In this document: piece by piece, positions 33,705 to 42,622 of the stretch | Layout: every line of letters begins with the position of its first letter | Position numbering within the stretch: the stretch's first letter is position 1 | Position numbers and translations under genes: made by a program | Assembly (NCBI GenBank): GCA_964511505.1 | Contig: CAZEFQ010000168.1 | Span: 6,553 to 70,552 of the forward strand | Origin: an uncultured Rhizobium sp. | GTDB lineage: Bacteria > Pseudomonadota > Alphaproteobacteria > Micropepsales > Micropepsaceae | Direction of reading: 5' to 3' | Length of the DNA stretch: 64,000 nt | The notes under the pieces: model-generated | The model's input: only the letters and a program-made list of their open reading frames with translations | What the model was told of the DNA's origin: nothing | Database searches by the model: none

Positions 33705-36251
33705 CTAGCGTTCGCCATCCTGGACAAGAGCTTTCTGTAAGCCGCGGCTACCTTTCGCCAACTGAAGAGCGACGACCAGGGCCAGGCCCGCGGCAAAGCA
33801 GCCTGCAATCTCGCCCTGGTTTAGCGGACTGAAATGAAAAAGTCCCTGGGCGCTTGGCAGATAGAGCGCCGCGGCCAGAACCGCACCCACCACCGAGACA
33901 AGAAGCCACAAAATCCGGTTCGGACGAAGCAGCGCTTCCGAAAGAGAAGTGCCAAAAGAGCGATTCACCAGGATCAGCCCGACGTTCATCAAGACAAGGA
34001 CCGTGAACACCAGCGCGCGCAACTCGTCCGGCGGCAGACCTGAAACCGAGCCCAGGAAAAGTGTTGCAGTGACAATAACCAGTGCCGTGGACCCCTGGCA
34101 GAATGCCCAAATGGCGGTTCTCCCCGGCAACACCGGGTCGCCCGGCCTGCGGGGAGGCCGCGCCATAACGTCTTTTTCTTCATTCTCTGCCTCGAAGACC
34201 ACCGAACAGGCGGGGTCGATTACCATCTCCAGAAGGGCAATTTGGATAGGCATGAGCATCAGAGGCAATCCGAACAGCAGGGGAATAACGGCCAATCCGG
34301 CTATGGGTATGTGGACCGCAACAATGTATTCGATTGCCTTTCGCAGATTGTCGTAGATTCTGCGCCCCAGTCGGATCGTGGCGACGATGGACGCGAAGTC
34401 GTCCTTGAGCAGGACCAGGCTGCTTGCCTCCCGGGCAACATCAGTGCCCCGGGCCCCCATCGCTATTCCGATATGAGCGGCTTTCATCGCGGGCGCATCA
34501 TTCACCCCATCTCCAGTCATGGCGACAATCTCGCCATTCTGCTTGAGAGCCTCGACCAGCCTCAACTTCTGCTGGGGACGAATTCGAGCATAGGTCGATG
34601 TCGTTTTCACCGCTTCCGCGATCTCCGGATCGCTCAATGTCTCCAGGGTTGCGCCGTCAAGGACCTCCCCAGCGTCTATGCCTGCCTGTGCCGCAATAGC
34701 TTTCGCGGTCAACGGGTAATCGCCGGTGATCATGACCACCCGTATCCCGGCACTTTGGCACTCTCTTACCGCAGCGGGCACTTCCGGCCGCAACGGGTCG
34801 GCAAAGCCGATGAGCCCGACATAGCGGAAGTCAATCTCGCGCTGCGACCGGGGCCGTGAGCCGTCCTGCCACGACAGTCTCGCCTGGGCCACCCCCAGAA
34901 CGCGGACCCCGCGCGCTGCAAAATCGTCAACCTCATGTAACAACCGTTCGCGCGCTTCACCCGACAATTTACACAATTCCGCAATCGCCTCTGGGGCTCC
35001 CTTGGCATAGGCGACCGCCGCGAACTCCCCGGAGGCGTCCCAGATGAAGGTGGTTGCCGGAAGGTCCGGAAGCAGGCCGTAACTGCCGAGAAGCGACGCC
35101 GGCCTGACGAGCTCGGCCTGCGATGCAGCGGCGTGGACCGCCTTGTCCATCGGATCAGTCGGAACCGGATCGCTTGCGCCAAGAGCCGCGTGGAGCGTGG
35201 CTTTCATGGTTTCTTGGAGGGGCAGACCGGTCGCCTTCCGCCAGACCACTCCGTCTGCGGCAATTAATTCGACCTGCATTTTGTTTTCCGTGAGCGTTCC
35301 GGTCTTGTCGGTGCACAAGACCGTTGCCGCCCCGAGTGTCTCGATGGCCGCGGCTCTTCTGGTCAAGACCCCGGCGCGCGATATCCGCCACGCGCCCATG
35401 GCCATGAACACGGTCAGAACGAGCGGGATCTCCTCCGGCAAAACCGACATGCCTATCGCAATGCCGGCCAGCGCTGCCTGCAACCAAGACCCTCTCGTGA
35501 ACCCCAGGAGCAATACAACCAATGCGGCGGTGAGCGTCCCGATACCGGCAAAATCCCGCACCAGCCACTGAAGCTGCTTTTGAAGCCGGGGTTGTTCGAG
35601 ATTCACCGATTTCAACGTTTGCCCGATCTTGCCTAATTCGGAAGACAGGCCGGTGGCAATTACACGCGCCGTTCCGGGGCCGCGAACCACCAGAGTACCC
35701 GCGTAAACGAAGGGCAAATCCTCTCCCCCCGGGGGCATCCATGACATGTCCTGACGCGATGGTATCTTCTGTACCGGGACTGATTCTCCCGTTAGTAACG
35801 ACTCGTCGGCAAGTACCTCATCACCGGACAGAAGCAACGCGTCAGCCGGCACCCGGTCGCCTTCCACCAGGATAATGGTGTCTCCCGGAACCAGGTCGCG
35901 GGCTGGAATGCGCTGGCGTTGCCCGTCCCGCAGCACGAGCGCGCGGGGACTTGCGAGGTTCCGCAGGGATTCGAGCACGCGCTCGCTGCGGCCTTCCTGC
36001 AAGACGCTGATCGACACCGAAAGCGTGGCAAACAGCGACAGGACGGTGGCGTCCAGGGCTTCTCCCAACAGGAAATAGATTGCCGCTCCCGCCAAAAGAA
36101 GCGCGAACATGGGCTGTCGTATGATGTCCCATATGATGCGCCCGACATTGCGGCGTTCTGCACTCGGCAGCTCATTCGGGCCGAATTGCCTGAGCCTTAG
36201 GGCCGCTTCCCTGGCACTCAATCCCTGGTCTGGGCGAAGGTCCATGGCCAT
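33705..36251 (-). CDS. P2-type cation-transporting P-type ATPase
   Basis: LTGES, LPEEIP, DKTGTLT, KGAPE, MITGD, GDGVNDAP. Confidence 0.94.
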   Translation of the reverse strand: MAMDLRPDQGLSAREAALRLRQFGPNELPSAERRNVGRIIWDIIRQPMFALLLAGAAIYFLLGEALDATVLSLFATLSVSISVLQEGRSERVLESLRNLASPRALVLRDGQRQRIPARDLVPGDTIILVEGDRVPADALLLSGDEVLADESLLTGESVPVQKIPSRQDMSWMPPGGEDLPFVYAGTLVVRGPGTARVIATGLSSELGKIGQTLKSVNLEQPRLQKQLQWLVRDFAGIGTLTAALVVLLLGFTRGSWLQAALAGIAIGMSVLPEEIPLVLTVFMAMGAWRISRAGVLTRRAAAIETLGAATVLCTDKTGTLTENKMQVELIAADGVVWRKATGLPLQETMKATLHAALGASDPVPTDPMDKAVHAAASQAELVRPASLLGSYGLLPDLPATTFIWDASGEFAAVAYAKGAPEAIAELCKLSGEARERLLHEVDDFAARGVRVLGVAQARLSWQDGSRPRSQREIDFRYVGLIGFADPLRPEVPAAVRECQSAGIRVVMITGDYPLTAKAIAAQAGIDAGEVLDGATLETLSDPEIAEAVKTTSTYARIRPQQKLRLVEALKQNGEIVAMTGDGVNDAPAMKAAHIGIAMGARGTDVAREASSLVLLKDDFASIVATIRLGRRIYDNLRKAIEYIVAVHIPIAGLAVIPLLFGLPLMLMPIQIALLEMVIDPACSVVFEAENEEKDVMARPPRRPGDPVLPGRTAIWAFCQGSTALVIVTATLFLGSVSGLPPDELRALVFTVLVLMNVGLILVNRSFGTSLSEALLRPNRILWLLVSVVGAVLAAALYLPSAQGLFHFSPLNQGEIAGCFAAGLALVVALQLAKGSRGLQKALVQDGER

Positions 36252-36314
36252 CACGATTGGCAGTGTGAGCCGCCCGGGATTTTACCGGGCGCCGAGATCG
36301 ATTCGAAGCCTTCG

Positions 36315-37193
36315 TTAAAGCATATCGGCAACCGTCTTGGCGATGATCCCGCTTACGTCAATGGCGGCGAATTCGTTCGGGACGGTATTGCAAGTGACCA
36401 GGCGGGCGCCCGCCGAGAGAATGGATTGGGCGGCTCCGGCGACAAGAGGTCCGTGAACCCCCAAGACGATCGGGCCGGACGCAGGCGCGGTTGACTGTAT
36501 CGCCTGTCGCATCGTGACGCCGCTGGCAATGATGTCGTCCAGGAACAGGGGAGTCCGGCCGGGCTCCAGGGGAATTGCCGGAGCGGTGATGCTGACGGAC
36601 CTGTCACCCATGCGCTGCTTGGAGAGTACCAGAAAAGGCGCATCGCAATCGTGCGCCACCGCGCTCACCCATTGGCGGCTTTCCTCGTCGGGCCCGATAA
36701 TCATGGGACGGCTCACATTTTTAAGGATCCAGGCGGCGATGGCCGGCCCCGCATGCACGACGCGGGACGGAATGGAGTAGATCTCGTCGAGGGTCTTGTA
36801 GCGATGCAGGTGAGGCTCGACGGTGGCGAGCCAGTCGAAAGCGCGGGAAATGAGCGCCGCGAAACTCTTCGAGGTCACGGCCTCGCCGTCCACGAAACGC
36901 CGGTCCTGCCGCATGTAGCAGAGATAGGGCGCCACAAGCCCGACCCGCCGCGCCCCCAGATCGCGGGCTGCATCGGCGGCGAACAGGAGTGCCGGTATCT
37001 TCGTGTCCGGGCGGGGCAAGCTGCAGACCAGGACAATGCTCCGTCCCGCAATGGCTTGGGCGAAGCGCAAGTGCGATTCTGCGTCCGGAAAGCGGGAGAC
37101 TTCCAGCCCACCCAACTCGCCCCCGCAGGCCGATGCCAGGCGCGTGGCCATCTCCTGGTTGCCAGGGAGCGCAAAGAAGACCGGCGGACTCAT
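36315..37193 (-). CDS. Ribose-phosphate pyrophosphokinase-like protein (short, divergent)
   Basis: RFPDAE, PYLCYMRQDR, EPHLH, DDIIASGVT. Confidence 0.88.
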   Translation of the reverse strand: MSPPVFFALPGNQEMATRLASACGGELGGLEVSRFPDAESHLRFAQAIAGRSIVLVCSLPRPDTKIPALLFAADAARDLGARRVGLVAPYLCYMRQDRRFVDGEAVTSKSFAALISRAFDWLATVEPHLHRYKTLDEIYSIPSRVVHAGPAIAAWILKNVSRPMIIGPDEESRQWVSAVAHDCDAPFLVLSKQRMGDRSVSITAPAIPLEPGRTPLFLDDIIASGVTMRQAIQSTAPASGPIVLGVHGPLVAGAAQSILSAGARLVTCNTVPNEFAAIDVSGIIAKTVADML

Positions 37194-38686
37194 GTGATCC
37201 CGAAAATTTCGGGATTGATCTCTGCATAACCCAGGGCATAAGCCAGTTCGCCCTCTGCCTCGGCATGCAGGGTGCAGAGCGGCGTGCCCGCCATCACCAT
37301 TTGCCCCAGGCAGACATGAAGCTCAACCCCGGCGGCCTTGGCGTTGGGCGCCCCCGCCAGTTTGGCCAGCCGGGCGACACGGCGATTATCTATGAAGGAT
37401 AGAACGCCGTCTTTCTTCGCGCAGAGCAGTTTGCGGAAGCGGGCGATGGGCGGCAGCCGCATGCCCCCTTGCGCCTCGCAGATGCGCTGGAATTTGTTCC
37501 AGGCCCGTCCGTCATCCAATGCCTTGGCGGCAAGCTCAACCCCGTGCCCCGGGGTCGAGGTGCCCGCCAGTTCCAGCACCGCCCCGGCCAGCTCAAGCGC
37601 CCGGCTCCGCAGATCATGGGGCGCCTCTTCCTTCCCGGTGAGGACGGACAGCACGTCCTGTGCCTCCAAGGCAGGCCCAATGCCGCGGCCGATGGGCTGA
37701 TTGCCGTCTCCGCGCACGATGCGGGTCCGCAAGCCGAATTGCCGCGCAACAGAAGCCAACCCGGCGCTGAGCGACTCGGCTGCTTCGGCACTGCGCACTT
37801 TCGCGGTGGGGCCCACCGGCATGTCGATCACCAGATGGGTGGAGCCCGCGGCGATTTTTTTGGAAAGCACTGAGGCGATCATCTGGCCCTCGCTGTCTAT
37901 ATCGAGCGCGTGCTCGATGCGGATCAGAATGTCGTCGGCCGGACTGAGGCGCATGGCGCCGCCCCAGGCAATGCAGCCCCCCTCCCGTTCCACAACCCGG
38001 CGCAATGTGGCCTCATCAAGATCCACCGGCGCCAGTGTTTCCATTGTGTCGGCCGTGCCCGCCGGAGAGGTTATCGCGCGGGAAGAGGTCTTTGGAATCA
38101 CAAGGCCCAGCGCGGCTGAGATCGCCACAACAATCGGCGTGGTGCGGTTTCCGGGAAGTCCGCCGACCGAATGCTTGTCGGCGATGACGGGACCCGGCCA
38201 ATGCATGCGCCGGCCGGTGTCCACCATGGCGCGGGTAAGAGAACAGATTTCGTCCTGCGCCAGCGGCTTGGCGGCGCAGGCCGTTATGAAAGAGGTCGTT
38301 TCGATGGCCGAATAGCGCCCGTCCACAATGTCTGAAATGACGAGATGAAAACCTCTTTCGTCGAGCGAATGGCCGAAGATGCGGCCGCGCACTAGGCTGA
38401 GGGATTCCACGACGGGTCCATGCCGGGCAAAGACCGGATCGCCCTCCTGGACTCCGAGAGCCCGCCATGTCGCATCCGACAGGCCGGCCTCGTCACAGTC
38501 CAGGAGATCGGATTCCACCTGATACAGCGTCGCGATGGCATGGCGGCCGCCGGCCGTGAGCAGAATCCGGTTGTGGGAGGTGAAGCCCTCGGAACGCGAA
38601 ACCGGACAATTCTTGTGCAGGAAAACGACGGTTTCCGAATGGGTGTCAAGGCCGAGACGGCGCGCTTTCAGGGCATAATCGCTCAT
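37190..38686 (-). CDS. AMP/NMP phosphorylase-like protein (thymidine phosphorylase family with N-terminal extension)
   Basis: DKHSVGGLPGNRTT, PKTSSRAITSPAGTAD, ASVLSKK, GIGPALEA; ATGA overlaps on both sides. Confidence 0.9.
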   Translation of the reverse strand: MSDYALKARRLGLDTHSETVVFLHKNCPVSRSEGFTSHNRILLTAGGRHAIATLYQVESDLLDCDEAGLSDATWRALGVQEGDPVFARHGPVVESLSLVRGRIFGHSLDERGFHLVISDIVDGRYSAIETTSFITACAAKPLAQDEICSLTRAMVDTGRRMHWPGPVIADKHSVGGLPGNRTTPIVVAISAALGLVIPKTSSRAITSPAGTADTMETLAPVDLDEATLRRVVEREGGCIAWGGAMRLSPADDILIRIEHALDIDSEGQMIASVLSKKIAAGSTHLVIDMPVGPTAKVRSAEAAESLSAGLASVARQFGLRTRIVRGDGNQPIGRGIGPALEAQDVLSVLTGKEEAPHDLRSRALELAGAVLELAGTSTPGHGVELAAKALDDGRAWNKFQRICEAQGGMRLPPIARFRKLLCAKKDGVLSFIDNRRVARLAKLAGAPNAKAAGVELHVCLGQMVMAGTPLCTLHAEAEGELAYALGYAEINPEIFGIT

Positions 38687-40050
38687 GACAGCACGACCTT
38701 CTGGCCGTGGTCCGGTACCACGCAATTCCAGTTCAGTCTTTCTTCCAGGGCATGGCGGAGCCCATCGGCTCCGGCCGGTTCGCCATGCACGATGAATGCG
38801 CTTCTTGGCGCTTTGCCGAAGCCCTGTGCCCAGCGCAGAAGTTCCTCGCGGTCCGCATGCGCCGACAGCATGGAAAGATTATGCACGTCGGCGCGCACGG
38901 GTATGTATGTGCCATGAATTTTTATACTGGACGCGCCTCGAACCATCGCGTCTCCCCGTGTGCCGCCGGCCTGGAAGCCGGCAAAGAGCACGCTGTTGCG
39001 GGGGTCGGAAGCATAATGCGCCAAGTGATGCAAGACGCGGCCCCCGGTCGCCATGCCGCTGGCGGAAACGATGATCTTCGCCATCCGATTGGCTGTGAGG
39101 GCTTTGGACTCCTCCGCGGTCCGGACGTAGTGGATGTCTCCTCCTACCAGGCGAAGCTCACTGGGGCCCAGCCTTTGGTCTTTGGGATGCCGCCGGAAAA
39201 TATCCGTGGCATCAATCGCCATGGGACTGTCGAGAAAAACGGGAAGCAGGCGGGGAAGCCGTCCCGCTTCCTTGAGGCGGGCGATATGATAAAGCAGGCT
39301 TTGCGCCCTGCCTACCGCAAAGGCCGGCACAATGACCGTCCCGCCACGATGGATGGTTTTGCCGATGATATTCGACAAGACATCGCCGGGATCGGCCCGG
39401 TCGTGCAGGCGGTCGCCATAGGTCGACTCCATCAGGAGATAATCGGCGGGACCGATGGGATCCGGATCAAGCATCAGGGGATCATTGTAGCGGCCGATGT
39501 CGCCCGAAAAGGCCACCTTTTTGCTTTCCCATGTCACAATCGCGGAAGCCGCGCCCAGGATATGGCCGGCGCGCACGAAGCGCAGCCGTGCGCCACAGGC
39601 AAGGCCGGTATCGGCGCCGAATTCCACCGGCCGTAGCTGCGTCAAAGCCCGCCGGGCGTCGGCTTCCGTATAAAGCGGAAAGGCGGGATTGTGCTTGGAA
39701 AAACGGTGACGATTGGCGTATTCGGCGTCCTGTTCCTGCAGATGGCCCGAATCCGGAAGCAGGATGCCGCAAAGATCGGCAGTTGCCTCGGTGCAAAATA
39801 TCGGCCCGCGAAATCCTTTTTTAACGAGCAGGGGCAGGTATCCGCTGTGATCGAGATGTGCATGGGTGAGGATGACGGCGGAAATGCCCGCGGGTTTGAA
39901 GGGCGGAGCATCCCAGTTCCGAAGCCTGAGCGCCTTGTATCCCTGGAAAAGGCCGCAATCCACCAGCAGGCGGCCGCCGTTACCCTGCAGCAGATATTTC
40001 GAGCCGGTGACCGTGCCGGCGCCGCCAAAAAAAGAAAGTTCGAGCGCCAC
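38683..40050 (-). CDS. MBL-fold beta-CASP ribonuclease-like protein
   Basis: VTGSKY, DCGLFQG, THAHLDH, AGHILG, ESTYGDR, SGMATGGR, SAHAD; GTG 40050 preferred over ATG 40104. Confidence 0.92.
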   Translation of the reverse strand: MALELSFFGGAGTVTGSKYLLQGNGGRLLVDCGLFQGYKALRLRNWDAPPFKPAGISAVILTHAHLDHSGYLPLLVKKGFRGPIFCTEATADLCGILLPDSGHLQEQDAEYANRHRFSKHNPAFPLYTEADARRALTQLRPVEFGADTGLACGARLRFVRAGHILGAASAIVTWESKKVAFSGDIGRYNDPLMLDPDPIGPADYLLMESTYGDRLHDRADPGDVLSNIIGKTIHRGGTVIVPAFAVGRAQSLLYHIARLKEAGRLPRLLPVFLDSPMAIDATDIFRRHPKDQRLGPSELRLVGGDIHYVRTAEESKALTANRMAKIIVSASGMATGGRVLHHLAHYASDPRNSVLFAGFQAGGTRGDAMVRGASSIKIHGTYIPVRADVHNLSMLSAHADREELLRWAQGFGKAPRSAFIVHGEPAGADGLRHALEERLNWNCVVPDHGQKVVLS

Positions 40051-40063
40051 GCTGCCGGACCTT

Positions 40064-40393
40064 TCAGGTCTTTCCGTCCAGAACTTCTTTTTTTGCCCGC
40101 TCATAAAGCTGCTTCATCACGCCTTTGAGAACGGTGTCGGAAACATCCACCTTGCCCTCTGCGAAGTCCGCATGCAGGCGGTCAAAGACGGGGTCATGGC
40201 CCTTGCCTGTTACCCCGGCGCGGACAAGGCCGGCCGCATAATCCGCCAAGGCCGCTCCTGTAAGGGAAAGCCTGCCTCCTGCCCATTCGCCCAGGAGCCT
40301 GTTGCGCATGGACATCGCCCGGAAATGCGCTTCCTCGTCATGAGCCCATTTGGCTTCATAACCCCGTTCCCGTTCGTCAAATAGGTCCGTCAT
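40064..40393 (-). CDS. DUF1476 / F1Fo ATPase inhibitor zeta-like protein
   Basis: FDERERGYEAKWAHDEE..F....RNRLLGEWA resembles the zeta N-terminus; GGGAGG RBS. Confidence 0.88.
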   Translation of the reverse strand: MTDLFDERERGYEAKWAHDEEAHFRAMSMRNRLLGEWAGGRLSLTGAALADYAAGLVRAGVTGKGHDPVFDRLHADFAEGKVDVSDTVLKGVMKQLYERAKKEVLDGKT

Positions 40394-40439
40394 TCTGGCC
40401 TCCCATGCGTCACTGTCCCGGCCCCGCGATATTGCCGCG

Positions 40440-40453
40440 TTGATCCGGATCAA
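40440..40453. promoter_or_regulatory. Perfect FNR/FixK box between divergent units
   Basis: TTGAT-CCGG-ATCAA. Confidence 0.88.
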
Positions 40454-40486
40454 AGGGGATCGCGCCTGCTGCGGTAAAAAGTAATC

Positions 40487-40759
40487 ATGATTGCGTTGGA
40501 GGATTGCATCGCATTATGCGGCTTGACTGAAAAGGAAGTCGCGGCCATCGCTGAACATGAGCATGTGCCGGCGATCGCCGCCGCCATCCTGGGCCAATAT
40601 CTCTTGTCTCAGAAGGGCGGAAGCCAGAAAATCCGCGATATTCTGGTGGACGACATCCGGGCTGCCTTGGCTGCGGGTGACAGCAAACATGCCGCCGAAT
40701 TGGTATCCGCGCTCCGCCATTTCATGAGCTATCCGCAAACCGGCGATACCAGACCCTGA
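40487..40759 (+). CDS. Small hypothetical protein
   Basis: Helical 90-aa ORF (LEDCIALCGLT..AIAEHEH) starting 40.5 bp from box centre. Confidence 0.75.
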   Translation: MIALEDCIALCGLTEKEVAAIAEHEHVPAIAAAILGQYLLSQKGGSQKIRDILVDDIRAALAAGDSKHAAELVSALRHFMSYPQTGDTRP

Positions 40760-40807
40760 CTCGCATGCCTCGGCATGTCGGCAGAGATATTTTCGGCAAA
40801 CCGCGTG

Positions 40808-40821
40808 TTGATCCGGATCAA
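40808..40821. promoter_or_regulatory. Perfect FNR/FixK box
   Basis: TTGAT-CCGG-ATCAA. Confidence 0.88.
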
Positions 40822-40873
40822 TCACGGCTCCGGCAAAGGATGCAATGTTCAAAACGATACAAAGGAGGTTTTC

Positions 40874-41299
40874 ATGTTTAAAAAAACGATACGACTGCTT
40901 GGCGCCGTGGGCATGCTCTCGGGCCTTAATACCGCCGCCATGGCGCAATCGGCTGCGCCCGCCGTTGAGCAGATCATTGTTACGGCGCCCCTGATCGTGG
41001 AAGTGAAAAAACCCGCGAATGCCACCGCGGCGCAAAGCGCCGGGGCCGGCAAGGGTGTCTTCACCGTGCTCACCGCTTCCAGCAATGTGAGTTTCGCCGA
41101 TCTCGACATCACCAAATATGCCGGCATCAACACGCTGGAAAAACGCATCTCCGACACGGCCACCGCGACCTGCAACCAGCTCAAGCGCAAATATCCAGAA
41201 AGCGTCTATGTGCCGGTCCAGACAGCGGACTGTGTCAAGTCGGCAACCGACCAGGCGATGAACCAGGTCTTTGCCATCATGGTCGCGTCCGCGAAATAA
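40874..41299 (+). CDS. UrcA family secreted protein (paralog of 27633-28016)
   Basis: VSFADLDI..RISDTA...C..L..KYP..VY.PV..C; AAGGAGG RBS. Confidence 0.82.
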   Translation: MFKKTIRLLGAVGMLSGLNTAAMAQSAAPAVEQIIVTAPLIVEVKKPANATAAQSAGAGKGVFTVLTASSNVSFADLDITKYAGINTLEKRISDTATATCNQLKRKYPESVYVPVQTADCVKSATDQAMNQVFAIMVASAK

Positions 41300-41364
41300 G
41301 GGTTTGTCATAAAGACGCACGATGTGCGGCTTGGCCGTCATCGTGCGTCATTGGCAGCTGATGC

Positions 41365-41703
41365 CTACCCCAGGTCTTTTTTCAGCATGGTGATGTGTGC
41401 TTCGACCGCCGCGCGGACATCCAGCAGGTTCGAAAGAAGAAGTTTCGCCACCACAAGGCGCGAATCCGTGCCATCCATCGATGCGAGCCGGCCGCGTTGA
41501 TTGACGATATGCCGTGAACAGGTGGCCAGGCAATTTTCCGCAATTTCCAGCCGTTCGGAGATCTGGGCGAACCGGTCCTCTTCAGCGATAAGCAACCGGG
41601 TCCAGAGCGAACAGCGCACGGTATCTTGCTCGCGCTCCAAGAGGCCGAGAAAACGGCCTATATTGGCCTGGGCTACGAACTTTGCAGCCTGATCCATATC
41701 CAT
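41365..41703 (-). CDS. Hypothetical helical protein
   Basis: ORF only; coiled-coil-like composition. Confidence 0.5.
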   Translation of the reverse strand: MDMDQAAKFVAQANIGRFLGLLEREQDTVRCSLWTRLLIAEEDRFAQISERLEIAENCLATCSRHIVNQRGRLASMDGTDSRLVVAKLLLSNLLDVRAAVEAHITMLKKDLG

Positions 41704-41763
41704 CCCCGTACCGCATCGTACATAGGACCATCGGCAAGGCTCAACGTCCAGCCTTAGCCGCGG

Positions 41764-41795
41764 AAAAAAAAAGCCCCGCCGGGGGCCGGCGGGGC
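41764..41795 (-). terminator. Intrinsic terminator after BON gene
   Basis: gccccgccgg-ccc-ccggcggggc followed by nine T on minus strand. Confidence 0.88.
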
Positions 41796-41835
41796 AGTAA
41801 AGGCGCTTGCTGGGGGAGCGAAAAAGCGCCCGAAA

Positions 41836-42486
41836 TCAGCCAATGGACAAAAAATCTTCGACTGCGACCACGCCCGGGACCGACCAGGCGGCATTCTTCA
41901 CCATCTCGCGTTCCTGCCAGCCATGAACCCGGCCCTTGAGGCTGACATGGCCGTAATCCAGCACAGAAACCTTGATGTTCTGGGCCTCAACCTCGGCATT
42001 GCGAAGAAGTGCGCTTTCGATTTTGCGCTGGATATCGGTCGGCGCAACGCGCGGCTTGATCGTGATTTCATTGATGACTCCAGCCACGCCGGAAAGCTTG
42101 CGAACCTCGCTTTCCGCCGCCTTGCGCTGGAAATCCCAGTCCACAGTCCCGCTTAAGGCGATCCAGCCATCCTGGACCTTCACCTGGATGGAATCCGCCG
42201 GAACGGCGGAATTCCAGCGCAGGATATTGGCGGCACGTCCGGCAATCTCGTCGTCGGCGGTCTTCTTGTCGAACGGATACCGGACTTCGATCTCTTCCGC
42301 GATGGCACGCACGCCTTTCACCCGTTTGACGGCGGTCTCGGCCGCGACTTTTTCCGCATAGCTGCCGACATGGCCGCTCAGCGTCACCACGCCGTTGTTC
42401 ACCGCCACGCCGATATGGGTGGCATTCACCCTCGGTTCAAAATCCAATTCATCCAGAATGTCCTGGCGCAGGGATGAATCCGTCAT
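41836..42486 (-). CDS. Triple BON domain protein, no signal peptide
   Basis: Three repeats of I.V.V..G.V.L.G.V..GV. Confidence 0.9.
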   Translation of the reverse strand: MTDSSLRQDILDELDFEPRVNATHIGVAVNNGVVTLSGHVGSYAEKVAAETAVKRVKGVRAIAEEIEVRYPFDKKTADDEIAGRAANILRWNSAVPADSIQVKVQDGWIALSGTVDWDFQRKAAESEVRKLSGVAGVINEITIKPRVAPTDIQRKIESALLRNAEVEAQNIKVSVLDYGHVSLKGRVHGWQEREMVKNAAWSVPGVVAVEDFLSIG

Positions 42487-42539
42487 TGCCTCTCTCCATC
42501 GTTGAGCGCCCAGTCTGCAGAGATCGGCGCGGCCGGTAA

Positions 42540-42553
42540 TTGATCGAAATCAA
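42540..42553. promoter_or_regulatory. FNR/FixK box (BON side)
   Basis: TTGAT-CGAA-ATCAA. Confidence 0.85.
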
Positions 42554-42574
42554 ACCAAAGCGGTGAGGGAGGGC

Positions 42575-42588
42575 TTGATCGAAAACAA
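42575..42588. promoter_or_regulatory. FNR/FixK-type box (ftsH side)
   Basis: TTGAT-CGAA-AACAA; centre 41.5 bp before ATG 42623. Confidence 0.75.
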
Positions 42589-42622
42589 GGAGCGCCCGCC
42601 CGTCCGCGGCTACGAATAAAAA

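Noticed and set aside
37190..38686. Ordinary thymidine phosphorylase deoA
   Set aside because: N-terminal extension and motif variants fit the AMP-phosphorylase-like branch, and there is no deo operon context.
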